In this document: in pieces, positions 26,379 to 35,870 of the stretch
Layout: every line of letters starts with the position of its first letter
How positions within the stretch are numbered: the first letter of the stretch is position 1
DNA from: Verrucomicrobiia bacterium
Lineage (GTDB): Bacteria; Verrucomicrobiota; Verrucomicrobiia; Limisphaerales; UBA11358
DNA: 64,000 bases
Assembly (NCBI GenBank): GCA_036490655.1
Contig: DASXDM010000039.1
Span: 2,559-66,558 of the forward strand
Direction: 5' to 3'
The notes under the pieces: model-generated
What the model was told of the DNA's origin: nothing
The model's input: the letters and a program-made list of their open reading frames with translations, nothing else
Databases searched by the model: none
Program-made: the position numbers and the translations under genes

Positions 26379-27050
26379 ATGGATAATCATTTTGAATCCG
26401 GATTGGATGAATTGCGGCAAAAATTGCTGACCATGGCCAGCCATGCTGAGACGGCGGTCAATCGCTCGGTGGAAGCGCTGGTCCAGCGCGACACCGCCCT
26501 GGCCCAACGCGTCAAGGAAGAGGACCGGACCATCGACTTTTTTGAAGTGGAGATCGACAATCTTGTCATCCAGCTTTTGACCAAAGCACCGCTGGCCACG
26601 AACCTGCGGCTCGTGACTGTGGCCATGAAGATTTCGCAAGACCTTGAACGCATCGGCGATGAGGCCTCAAAGATCGCCAAACGCGCGCGGGACCTTTCAA
26701 TGGAGCCCCCGATAAAACTAAACCTTGATCTGCCCCATATCGCCGGCTTGGCCCTGGACATGCTTAAAAGCGCCCTGGATGCCTTTGTGAACCGGGACCC
26801 GGTCGCCGCCCGCGCGATCATTCCGCGGGACAAGGAAGTGGATGCGCTCAATAAGCAGATCCATGGCAAACTCGTGCAGCACATGGTGGAATCTCCGGAT
26901 ACGATCGGCCGTTGCCTGCATTGGATGGTTGCCTCCAAAAGCCTTGAGCGGATCGCCGATCACGCCACCAACGTTGCCGAAGATGTGGTTTACCTGTGCG
27001 AAGCCCAGGACATCCGGCATACCGGCGTCAAGAGCGGAGCGGTAGTCTAA
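26379..27050 (+). CDS. phoU: phosphate signalling complex protein PhoU
   Basis: Two PhoU repeats with DLERIGDEA and SLERIADHATN motifs. Confidence 0.95.
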   Translation: MDNHFESGLDELRQKLLTMASHAETAVNRSVEALVQRDTALAQRVKEEDRTIDFFEVEIDNLVIQLLTKAPLATNLRLVTVAMKISQDLERIGDEASKIAKRARDLSMEPPIKLNLDLPHIAGLALDMLKSALDAFVNRDPVAARAIIPRDKEVDALNKQIHGKLVQHMVESPDTIGRCLHWMVASKSLERIADHATNVAEDVVYLCEAQDIRHTGVKSGAVV

Positions 27051-27080
27051 AGAGAAATGGGAGCGGGCGGTGCCTCGCGG

Positions 27081-28052
27081 TTACTTTGAATCCGGTGTCG
27101 TGTTGGACGTGGGATTGTTGGAACCATTCTTCTGGGAATCCACAAAAGCTTTGTAAGACTTGTTCCAATCATAACCGTGATCGTTCAGGTAATGTTCGAT
27201 CTCTGTCTTGTGTTTTTTGAAAATAGGAGTCATCTCGTCCACGTTCTTGACGTCCAAACTTTCCTCCCGCGCCTTCTGGAGTTCGCTCACGATCTCCTGG
27301 TTGTCTTCAGGTTTAAGGTTGGGAAGGATTTGGTGATACACCTTGAGGGTGATCGGCAGCTTGTTGACGGTTAGCTTGTCTTTTACCGCCTCGACCTGTT
27401 CCGGCGTCAGGTCCGCCTGAAGACCCGCGATGAATTTTTGATGCACGGCTGGATCCAGTTGAAGTCCCGCGTTATGAGCATCACGCACGGCGCGCAGATC
27501 GGTGGCGAGAACTGCGCTCACCCTTGCTTGGGCGCCGGCATCCGTGATCCCCAGGGATGCCACGATCCCGGCGACGCGTTTATCCAATGCGGCATCTGAA
27601 GCGGCGGTGGCGGGCGGCACCAGGGACGCGAGCAGCGCCGATTGCGCCGGCGTCAATTCGTCTTTCGGCAACGGCGCCTTTCCAAAACGCAGGAGCACGG
27701 TCGTGATCCCATCCGCTTTCACGGTGGCCACCGCTTTGGCATGAAAATTTTCATCCGTCAGGTCCGTAAATTTCATGAGCTTGCCGTTATCGACGACGAT
27801 CGTGCTGTCGTTGACGATCACCGTTCGCTCCATCGGGTTGCCTTTTTCACTCCACTTGAAGACCAGGCTGACAGTCTTGTCAGCGTTGGTGGTCCGGCTG
27901 ACGATATCCAAACCGACGGTTCGGGAAAGTTTCGATGCGTCCGGGACGCTGTTGGTGACCTCCGCGGAAAATGCCTGGCTGAGGGACATAACCAGCATCA
28001 ATGCTGTTGAAGATAGTGCGCAACGCGCTGACGCTAAATATTTGTTGGTCAT
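27081..28052 (-). CDS. secreted protein with a DUF3826-like C-terminal domain
   Basis: Start ATG 28052 gives the signal peptide MTNKYLASARCALSSTALMLVMSLSQAFSA. The C-terminus (VKDKLTVNKLPITLKVYHQILPNLKPED...KAREESLDVKN...FKKHKTEIEHYLNDHGYDW) resembles the DUF3826 pattern (unverified). Confidence 0.5.
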   Translation of the reverse strand: MTNKYLASARCALSSTALMLVMSLSQAFSAEVTNSVPDASKLSRTVGLDIVSRTTNADKTVSLVFKWSEKGNPMERTVIVNDSTIVVDNGKLMKFTDLTDENFHAKAVATVKADGITTVLLRFGKAPLPKDELTPAQSALLASLVPPATAASDAALDKRVAGIVASLGITDAGAQARVSAVLATDLRAVRDAHNAGLQLDPAVHQKFIAGLQADLTPEQVEAVKDKLTVNKLPITLKVYHQILPNLKPEDNQEIVSELQKAREESLDVKNVDEMTPIFKKHKTEIEHYLNDHGYDWNKSYKAFVDSQKNGSNNPTSNTTPDSK

Positions 28053-28143
28053 TTGCTTATCATAAGAATACGAGCCCGGAATGGAAATGCTGAAACTGCC
28101 AGATTGTATTGCGATAACTGCCAAAGACTTTTGGGGAACGCTT

Positions 28144-29085
28144 CTATTGCAGAGGATGTCCGCCCGGGCTTAACGGATGACCCGCCAAAAATTCCTGTGC
28201 GCTCATCCGCCGCCCGCCTTCCAATTGCAATTCGGAAATCCGCATCGCCTCAGTGCCGCACGCGATAACGATCCCGGTTTTATCCGCCTGGAGAACCTCT
28301 CCCGCAGGCCCGGAACGTCCGATGATTTCTGCTTTCCAGATTTTTAGCAGCAACGGTTTCGCATCCTGCCTGAAAGTGGCGAACACCCCTGGCCACGGCG
28401 TAAAGGCTCTCATTCGGTCCAGAATTTTTTTGGCCGGCTGGGTCCAATCGATTTTGCCGTCCTCCTTCTTGATCTTGGCGGCGTAACTGACGCCCTCTGC
28501 CGGCTGCGGGTGCGGCGAAATTTTCCCCGCGACATAATCCGGGATCGTCCCGGCCAGGAGTTCCGCGCCCAATTGCGCCAGCCGGTCATGAAGCGTTTGA
28601 GAATTATCTTCGGGCAGGATGGGCAGGGGACGTTGGGTCAGAATCGGGCCGGTATCCAAACCGGCATCCATTTTCATGATCGTCACCCCGGTTTCACTTT
28701 CGCCATTGAGGAGGGCAGATTGGATGGGGGATGCCCCGCGATATTTCGGCAGGAGCGAAGTATGGACATTGATGCATCCGGCTTTCGGCAAGTCCAGGAT
28801 CGCCTGCGGCAGGATCTGACCATAAGCCACAACCACGATCAGGTCCGGCTTCAATTCCCGCAGTTCCGCGATGAATTTTTCATCACGCGCTTTCGCCGGT
28901 TGCAACACCGGCAGGTTGAATTTCTGCGCCAACAACTTCACCGCCGAAGGTTGCAACTTCATTTCCCGGCCTTTCGGCTTGTCCGGTTGCGTGACGACCG
29001 CGGCGATCTGAAATTGTCCATCGCGCGCAAGCCTCTCCAGGCTGGCGCAGGACAATTCCGCTGTGCCCATGAAAACAATGGTCAT
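28144..29085 (-). CDS. fmt: methionyl-tRNA formyltransferase
   Basis: MTIVFMGTAELS..., HTSLLPKYRGASPIQSALLNGE and the C-terminal OB-like domain. Start at ATG 29085. Confidence 0.9.
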   Translation of the reverse strand: MTIVFMGTAELSCASLERLARDGQFQIAAVVTQPDKPKGREMKLQPSAVKLLAQKFNLPVLQPAKARDEKFIAELRELKPDLIVVVAYGQILPQAILDLPKAGCINVHTSLLPKYRGASPIQSALLNGESETGVTIMKMDAGLDTGPILTQRPLPILPEDNSQTLHDRLAQLGAELLAGTIPDYVAGKISPHPQPAEGVSYAAKIKKEDGKIDWTQPAKKILDRMRAFTPWPGVFATFRQDAKPLLLKIWKAEIIGRSGPAGEVLQADKTGIVIACGTEAMRISELQLEGGRRMSAQEFLAGHPLSPGGHPLQ

Positions 29086-29164
29086 GGGACGGATGATTTT
29101 TGATTTTCCATCGAAGCGCAAGCGCGCGGTCTCTTTGGCAACTTGCCGGAATGGCCGCCGGCCT

Positions 29165-29755
29165 TCACTTTGCCGGGCGGATTTTGACGACTTTTTTGAG
29201 GATGGCTAAAAAAGTTTCAACCGGCTTGCCGCTGGTGCTGATGCGGTGAACCAAATTTTTTCCATAAAAACTCAAGACCGGTTTGGTTTCCTTCTCATAC
29301 GTGATGAGGCGCTCCCGGATCACATCCAGGTTTGCGTCATCCAGGCGGTTATCTTTTAGCGCGCGGCGTTGCATGCGCTTGACGAGATTTTCGCGTTTGT
29401 CGGTCAGATAAAAAACCGCGACGACATCGAGCAGGTCTTTCAGCATTATCGCCTGGTGCAGGTTGCGCGGGATGCCGTCCAGGACCAGGGTGTCGGTGTC
29501 GGGATGAAAACGTCCGGCGCCCATGCTGCCGTCGACGGCATGCCGCCATAATTTAATGGTGGGTTCATCCGGCACGAGGTGGCCCTGGCTGGAATATTTC
29601 AGGAAAACTTTCCCGAGATCGGTTTCCGGACGCAGGCTCCGGAAGGCGTCGCCGCAGGCGCAATGGAAAAAATTGGGAATGCCGCCCAGGGCGCGGCCGT
29701 GGGTGCCTTTGCCCGAACCGGGCGCGCCAAACATTAGGATTGTCCGGTATTTCAC
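29165..29755 (-). CDS. adenylate-kinase-family nucleoside monophosphate kinase
   Basis: P-loop FGAPGSGKGTHG, with GHLVPDE and DGIPRN motifs of the ADK family. It is not the canonical adk sequence. A GTG start overlaps the upstream stop (GTGA). Confidence 0.7.
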   Translation of the reverse strand: MKYRTILMFGAPGSGKGTHGRALGGIPNFFHCACGDAFRSLRPETDLGKVFLKYSSQGHLVPDEPTIKLWRHAVDGSMGAGRFHPDTDTLVLDGIPRNLHQAIMLKDLLDVVAVFYLTDKRENLVKRMQRRALKDNRLDDANLDVIRERLITYEKETKPVLSFYGKNLVHRISTSGKPVETFLAILKKVVKIRPAK

Positions 29756-30735
29756 GCTTTTTGTTTGAGTTGAATTTGCTGGATGTCTGCGAAGGGCACC
29801 ATCATCTCCTGGCGCTGTCCTCCCTGGACCACCTCGAAATATACCTCGTTGACGCCGATGCGCGCGATGCGCTCAACCGTCAACAACATCGCCGGGATTT
29901 TGACCGTCATCACTTTCCCGCGGTCGGCTTCCGATCGCACGATGCCAAAAAATCCGCCGAACTTCGTCTCAAAGAAACGGCGATTGAACATATACTGGCC
30001 GCGCTGGAAGGTCTCCGTCTTGGCTTCCGCGGGCGGCGGGGGAGGCGGTTCGCCCGAAAAACCGCTGGCCACGATATGGATTTCCTCTTTCGACGCCGAC
30101 TCCGGCGTTGGCGCATCCGGGTGAGAAACATGCGGCACTACAAAGTGGTGCGGTTCCGGTGGCGGGGCTGCCGCGGCGGCCTCGCTTTCAGCCGGAACTT
30201 CTTCCTCTACCTGCGGCGTGACCATCGCCAGAAAAATGGCCGGCCCGATCACCGGCAAAAATGCCGACGTGGCGATCACTGCGGCGGCTGGTTTTTTCCG
30301 AAAGATCGCCACTTCGTAAGCGGCGAAGAGATTCCCCGCATAGATGAGTAAAAACGCCAGGAGGATGACGGGAGACCCGAATAGCGCCCCGATAAACGAT
30401 GGAGATGAGAAATGATCCAGGCGCGCGGGTTCTGAAACATCGATGGTCTTTTTCTGGATGGCTGCCGCCGGCGGCGGCTCGATGAACGGGTCGACGAACG
30501 GCGCGATTTTGGGATTTTGCTCCAATTGCTTGAGGCTGTCCTGCGAAAATTTCATCCAGGGCAACCGATCGGTGTAGGAATCATCGCCTTTCCTGACAAT
30601 CAGGCCGTTTTCCGTATAGGACACGATGTCGCCATTGACGGTCGTCCCATCGGTCAACTGATACGAGTCAGCGGCGGCTGCCATAAATAATCCGCAAAGC
30701 CACAGGCTTAATATGCTCCAGCAGATTTTCCTCAT
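29752..30735 (-). CDS. membrane protein of unknown function with a proline-rich linker
   Basis: ATG 30735 gives the signal peptide MRKICWSILSLWLCGLFMAAAADS. Two central TM helices. PPPPPPAEA linker. Conserved-looking C-terminal domain. Confidence 0.5.
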   Translation of the reverse strand: MRKICWSILSLWLCGLFMAAAADSYQLTDGTTVNGDIVSYTENGLIVRKGDDSYTDRLPWMKFSQDSLKQLEQNPKIAPFVDPFIEPPPAAAIQKKTIDVSEPARLDHFSSPSFIGALFGSPVILLAFLLIYAGNLFAAYEVAIFRKKPAAAVIATSAFLPVIGPAIFLAMVTPQVEEEVPAESEAAAAAPPPEPHHFVVPHVSHPDAPTPESASKEEIHIVASGFSGEPPPPPPAEAKTETFQRGQYMFNRRFFETKFGGFFGIVRSEADRGKVMTVKIPAMLLTVERIARIGVNEVYFEVVQGGQRQEMMVPFADIQQIQLKQKA

Positions 30736-30796
30736 AGGGTTCTTGTAACACACTAGGATTGCGCCGTAAAAGAAAAAGTGCGGAGACGGCGTTATT

Positions 30797-31267
30797 TCAA
30801 TAGCGGAGCTTATCCGGATGGGCGTTCCATTCGGCAAAAACTTTCAATGCTTCTGCACGAAGGAATTGCTTCATCGGGATTTTTCGCCGGGAGACGGGAA
30901 GGCCGATTTCACGATAGATCAGATTGTCATCGAAGTGGATCCGCGCGGCGTCCTTTCGCGTGTTGGCGTAAACGATTTTGTCCAAACGCGCCCAATAAAT
31001 GGCCGCCAGGCACATCGGACACGGCTCGCAGCTCGCATAGATCTCGCAGCCCTCCAGGACGAATGTCCTCAGTTTTTTGCAGGCATCCCGGATCGCGGAA
31101 ACTTCCGCGTGCGCCGTCGGATCCTTGGCCGAAGTCACCCGGTTCCAGCCGCGTCCCACAATTTTACCGTCGCGGACGATGACCGCCCCAAAGGGACCGC
31201 CCTGGTTGCGCCGCATGTTGTATTGCGATAGCCGGATGGCCTCGCGCATGAATTTGGAATGGTTCAT
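30797..31267 (-). CDS. zinc-dependent nucleoside/guanine deaminase (CDA fold; GuaD/TadA-like)
   Basis: HAEVSAIRDACKKL and CEPCPMCLAAIYWARL zinc motifs. The overall sequence strongly recalls Bacillus GuaD-type guanine deaminase (GGPFGAVIV..., FDD.LIY.EI). Confidence 0.8.
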   Translation of the reverse strand: MNHSKFMREAIRLSQYNMRRNQGGPFGAVIVRDGKIVGRGWNRVTSAKDPTAHAEVSAIRDACKKLRTFVLEGCEIYASCEPCPMCLAAIYWARLDKIVYANTRKDAARIHFDDNLIYREIGLPVSRRKIPMKQFLRAEALKVFAEWNAHPDKLRY

Positions 31268-31329
31268 ATCGTATCAATTAGAACTATGGCCGCAGACAGG
31301 ATGCGCGCTTCGCGCGACTTCGCAGTCAG

Positions 31330-31560
31330 CGGCAGACTTTTACGGGTCCGTACCCACAGGGTGGCGTCCGTCTTTGCTACGCTACGACGGGACTTACCCT
31401 GGGCTAATATCTTGTGCCCCTTTCCGCCTTCGCCAAGGCTTCCATCTTCGCTAAAGCTACGACGAGACTAGATGGCGAGACAGGCGACCCTCCGAATTCA
31501 CGGTCTCGCGTAGCAAAGCGCCGCGTGAGGGCACGCGGCCTACAGTAGCTCGACCCTCCC
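31330..31560. repeat. cluster of GC-rich REP-like intergenic elements
   Basis: gctacgacgggac / gctacgacgagac direct repeats (about 31385 and 31455). Hairpin CCGCGT-gagggc-ACGCGG at 31521-31538. The region is non-coding, between the ATPase stop and the deaminase start. Confidence 0.4.
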
Positions 31561-31566
31561 AACATC

Positions 31567-33870
31567 CTACTTTTGGTTCTGGCCGAACAATAATCTCAGG
31601 CTGTTCATCACCACCACGACGGTGCTGCCTTCATGGCCGACGACGCCGATCGTCAACGGGATCTTCCCGAGCATCGCAAAGGAAACCAGCACGACGACCG
31701 TTCCCAGTGAGATCACCAGGTTGGTCCGGATGATTTTGCGCGCGCGCCGGCTCAGGCGAAACGCGGCCAGGAAATTTTCCAGTTTATCGTGCATCAAGAC
31801 CACGTCAGCCTGTTCCAGGGCGGCGTCCGCCCCGCGCGCGCCCATCGCCACCCCGATGTGGGCAGCTGCCAGGCTCGGCGCGTCGTTCACGCCATCGCCG
31901 ATCATCGCCACTTTTGCGCGCGCGCTCAATTCGCGGATGGCGGCGACTTTTTCCTCCGGCTTCAATTCAAAACGCACGTCGTCCAGGTGCAGTTGCTCGC
32001 GTAAATGTTCCGCGGCGGCTTTCCGGTCGCCGGTCAGAACCACGCTGCGTAAATGTTCGCGGCGCAATTCATCCATCACTTCGCGCGCTTGCGGGCGGAT
32101 GTCATCGCGAAGGAGGATCCGGCCCAGCAGTTCGTCCTGTGCGATCCAGATCTCGGAAACGCCGGATCCGGTCGGGGGCACGCTCGAAATCTCTTTGCCA
32201 TGACTCGTTTCCGCAAACCATTCGCGCCGCCCCAATAGGCAGGCTTTCCCGTTGGATTGCGCGCGCAGGCCATGCCCGGTGATGGATTCAAAATGTTCCA
32301 ATTCCAGCGGGGACAAATTTTGCTGTTTTCCGTAAAGCGTTACGGCGCGGGCCAGCGGGTGCGTCGAGAGTTTTTCGAGCGAATAAGCCAGCCGCGCGAT
32401 CTCCTTTTCATGCCCGGATGGAAAGCTCTCGACCTTTTCTACGCGCAACTCGCCGGTCGTCAGCGTGCCGGTTTTATCGAGCGCGACTACGCTGACCTGG
32501 GCCAATTTTTCCACTGCGGCGCCTCCGCGAAATAAAATACCGTGCCGCGCGCCAAAGGCGATGGCCGCCAGCACCGCCGAGGGGATGGATAGCACCAGCG
32601 CGCACGGCGACGATACGACCAGCAAAGTCATGGTGCGATAAAATGCGCTGTGCGATTCGACGGCAGCTCGGAACGCCGGCAGATGAAACCCAAGCCACCA
32701 GACAAAAAACATCGCCAGCGAAAGCCCCAACACGAAGTACGTGTAATAGGTGCTGAATTTATCCGTGAATTGTTGCACGGGAGCTTTTTGTTGCTGGGCC
32801 TCGCGGATGAGCTTGATGATGCGTTGCAGCGCGCTCTCTGCGGCGGGGCGGGTGACCACGATTTCGACCGCGCCCCAAAGGTTGATGGTGCCGGCCAGGA
32901 CCGTTTCGCCGATCTTCTTTTCCACCGGGGTGGCTTCGCCGGTGAGATTGGATTCATCGGCGGCCGTGGCGCCTTTGGCGATTTCACCATCCACCGGGAA
33001 CTGGGAACCGGGTTTGATCAGCAGGCGCATGCCCGTGATGATTTTTTCCACGCGCACTTCCCGTTCGCGTCCCGATCCGATTTCGGTGGCGAATTTCGGC
33101 GCGACGCGGAAAAGCGAGCGGATCTCCTTTTGTGTGCGGCCCAGCGCAAAGTGTTCGAGCGCGCCGGAGAGCGAGAAAAGAAAGAGCAGCGTGGCGCCCT
33201 CCGCCCAGGCCCCGATGCATGCCGCGCCCACCGCAACGGCGATCATCAAAAAATGCACGTCAATGGCGCGCTTCTGCAACCGTTCCCATACCTCTTCCGC
33301 CGGATAAAATCCCCCGGCCAGATACGCGGCGGCATAAAAAATCGTTTTCAATGGGGCCGGCGCGAATGCCCCGGCCAGGCCCAAAACCCCGCATAAGGCC
33401 GCGGCGGCCAACTGGACTTTCCATTCATTGATATGCTCGTCGATGTGTTCCGCGTCCTCGAGGAACTCCACGTCGCGCGGCACGACTTTGGGAAACGGAA
33501 TATCGCGCCAGCGCCAGAACACCGGCGCGGTGGGGCAGGTGGCGCGCGCAAAAGTCGTGCTGGCGCCCTGCCGTTTGATGACGATGCTTTTGCGCTCGGC
33601 TTCCGACAAGGGTGATTCACAAACGGAACATTCCGGCACTCCTTCGAGCAGCGAGCAGGAATACCCTTCCTGGGTCACCTGGATTTTTTCCGTGACCCGC
33701 CGCGTCAATTTTTCCACGTCCATGCGTCCGAGGGTGGCGACGGAAATCTTTTTTTGTACGGTGTCGATGGTCACCGCTTCGAGCGCCGGTTCCTCGGCCA
33801 GCGTGTCCACGACGGAGCGCGCCAGGCAGTTTTCCGGGCTGACATCAGATGGGGCGGACGCGACTTTCAT
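31567..33870 (-). CDS. heavy-metal P1B-type ATPase with P1B-4-like signature (Co/Zn/Fe-type)
   Basis: TGEA, DKTGTLT and GDGVNDAP motifs. Transmembrane SPC motif (VSSPCALVLS) and HEGSTVVVVMNS. This is the SPC plus HEGxT combination of subgroup 1B-4. The N-terminal 170 aa are atypical, with no CxxC HMA motif. Confidence 0.85.
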   Translation of the reverse strand: MKVASAPSDVSPENCLARSVVDTLAEEPALEAVTIDTVQKKISVATLGRMDVEKLTRRVTEKIQVTQEGYSCSLLEGVPECSVCESPLSEAERKSIVIKRQGASTTFARATCPTAPVFWRWRDIPFPKVVPRDVEFLEDAEHIDEHINEWKVQLAAAALCGVLGLAGAFAPAPLKTIFYAAAYLAGGFYPAEEVWERLQKRAIDVHFLMIAVAVGAACIGAWAEGATLLFLFSLSGALEHFALGRTQKEIRSLFRVAPKFATEIGSGREREVRVEKIITGMRLLIKPGSQFPVDGEIAKGATAADESNLTGEATPVEKKIGETVLAGTINLWGAVEIVVTRPAAESALQRIIKLIREAQQQKAPVQQFTDKFSTYYTYFVLGLSLAMFFVWWLGFHLPAFRAAVESHSAFYRTMTLLVVSSPCALVLSIPSAVLAAIAFGARHGILFRGGAAVEKLAQVSVVALDKTGTLTTGELRVEKVESFPSGHEKEIARLAYSLEKLSTHPLARAVTLYGKQQNLSPLELEHFESITGHGLRAQSNGKACLLGRREWFAETSHGKEISSVPPTGSGVSEIWIAQDELLGRILLRDDIRPQAREVMDELRREHLRSVVLTGDRKAAAEHLREQLHLDDVRFELKPEEKVAAIRELSARAKVAMIGDGVNDAPSLAAAHIGVAMGARGADAALEQADVVLMHDKLENFLAAFRLSRRARKIIRTNLVISLGTVVVLVSFAMLGKIPLTIGVVGHEGSTVVVVMNSLRLLFGQNQK

Positions 33871-34000
33871 CGTTGCATATTCTTAACATATCTTGAAATC
33901 TCTTGCGATGGAAAAGGAGGGGGTTCTTGCGGCAATAAAAGGTAAGGGCATGGCAAGATGCGGTTAGTCATTTCCTTTTAGAAGTAGTTGATTGGTGTCT

Positions 34001-35839
34001 ATGGAAGTACTGGATCAAAACGAAACATCTATGAGTAGCGATACTTCGCATACAAATAACCGGGAGCTGCTTTCCTGGGTCCGGCAAATGGCTGAATTAT
34101 GCGGCCCGGAGGAAATCCATTGGTGCGATGGTTCAGATGAAGAATACCAGGGGCTATGCGATTTAATGATCCAGAGCGGCATCTTCATCAAATTGAACGA
34201 AAAACTCCGGCCCAATTCCTACCTGGCGCGTTCGCATCCCAGCGATGTCGCCCGGGTGGAAGACCGGACATTTATCTGCTCGCAGACAGCGGACGAAGCC
34301 GGGCCGACCAACAATTGGGCCGAGCCCGCCACGATGAAGCGGGAATTGCGGGATTTGTTCAAGGGCTGCATGAAGGGCCGCACGATGTATGTGGTTCCGT
34401 TTGCCATGGGGCCGCTGGATTCGCCGGTCTGCAAAATCGGCGTCGAAATAACCGACTCGCCCTATGTGGTTGTGAACATGAAGATCATGACCCACATGGG
34501 CAAACCCGTCTTGGACGGCTTGGGAGCATCGGGGAGTTTTATCCCTTGCATGCATTCGGTCGGCGCGCCGCTCGTTCCCGGCCAAAAAGACGTCGCCTGG
34601 CCGTGCGAACCGGATCCAAAAAAGAAATACATCGTCCATTTTCCCGATGATCCGTCGATTTGGTCCTATGGTTCCGGCTATGGCGGCAATGCCTTGCTTG
34701 GCAAAAAATGCGTCGCCTTGCGAATTGCTTCGACGGAGGCGCGGAAGGAAGGCTGGCTGGCGGAACATATGTTGATCCTGTGCCTCACCTCGCCCGAAGG
34801 AATTAAGAATTATCTCTCCGCTGCCTTTCCCAGCGCCTGCGGAAAGACCAACCTGGCCATGATGTTGCCCACTTTGCCGGGCTGGAAAGTCACCACGCTG
34901 GGCGATGACATCGCCTGGATCCACCTCGCCGGTGATGGACGCCTCTATGCAGTGAATCCCGAGGCGGGTTTTTTCGGCGTGGCCCCGGGGACTTCGGAAC
35001 AATCAAATCCAAACGCGCTGAAAGCATGCGCCAAAAACACCATCTTCACCAACGTCTTGCTGACCCCGGAGGGCGATGTCTGGTGGGAGGGCATGGGAGT
35101 GACTCCACCGGCAAAAGGAATCGATTGGCAGGGCAACGAATGGACGCCGGGCTGTGGTCGAAAGGGCGCACACGCCAATTCGCGTTTCACTGCGCCGGCA
35201 TCGCAATGCCCGGTCATTGATCCGGATTGGCAGAAGCCGGAAGGCGTGCCGCTCTCAGCCATCCTTTTTGGCGGTCGCCGGCCCAGCACCATCCCGCTCG
35301 TGAATGAAGCGTTTAGCTGGGAACACGGCGTTTTTATGGGCTCGGCCTGCGGTTCAGAGACCACTGCGGCGGCCTTGGGCAAGTCCGGGGTCTTGCGCCG
35401 CGATCCCTTTGCGATGCTGCCGTTTTGCGGTTATAACATGGCGGACTATTTTGCGCATTGGCTTTCCTTCGCGCAACGCACCGACCGCGCCAAATTGCCG
35501 AAAGTTTATTTCGTCAATTGGTTCCGTAAAAATGCGGATGGGAAATTTATCTGGCCCGGTTACGGCGAGAATTCGCGCGTGCTCAAATGGATTTGCCAGC
35601 GCATCGCCGGCACCGGCAAAGCGCAGAAAACCGCCATCGGAAATCTGCCCACGCCGGACGCGTTGGACCTGGCCGGCTTGAAGATCTCCGCCGATGACAT
35701 AAAGGCGCTGACTGCTGTTGACAAAGACGGCTGGAAAAAAGAGATTGATGACGTGGCGGCGAATTACAAGAAGTTCGGCAGCCGTATGCCAACGGCGTTG
35801 ACCGGACAATTGAACGAACTAAAGAAGCGGCTGGGATGA
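34001..35839 (+). CDS. pckG: phosphoenolpyruvate carboxykinase (GTP)
   Basis: Kinase-1a loop [30 protein letters not shown] and WEGMG motifs of GTP-PEPCK. ATG at 34001 (the listed ORF begins at TTG 33992). Confidence 0.95.
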   Translation: MEVLDQNETSMSSDTSHTNNRELLSWVRQMAELCGPEEIHWCDGSDEEYQGLCDLMIQSGIFIKLNEKLRPNSYLARSHPSDVARVEDRTFICSQTADEAGPTNNWAEPATMKRELRDLFKGCMKGRTMYVVPFAMGPLDSPVCKIGVEITDSPYVVVNMKIMTHMGKPVLDGLGASGSFIPCMHSVGAPLVPGQKDVAWPCEPDPKKKYIVHFPDDPSIWSYGSGYGGNALLGKKCVALRIASTEARKEGWLAEHMLILCLTSPEGIKNYLSAAFPSACGKTNLAMMLPTLPGWKVTTLGDDIAWIHLAGDGRLYAVNPEAGFFGVAPGTSEQSNPNALKACAKNTIFTNVLLTPEGDVWWEGMGVTPPAKGIDWQGNEWTPGCGRKGAHANSRFTAPASQCPVIDPDWQKPEGVPLSAILFGGRRPSTIPLVNEAFSWEHGVFMGSACGSETTAAALGKSGVLRRDPFAMLPFCGYNMADYFAHWLSFAQRTDRAKLPKVYFVNWFRKNADGKFIWPGYGENSRVLKWICQRIAGTGKAQKTAIGNLPTPDALDLAGLKISADDIKALTAVDKDGWKKEIDDVAANYKKFGSRMPTALTGQLNELKKRLG

Positions 35840-35870
35840 CCCCGGCCGGCCGCCAAAGGAGACATCACGC

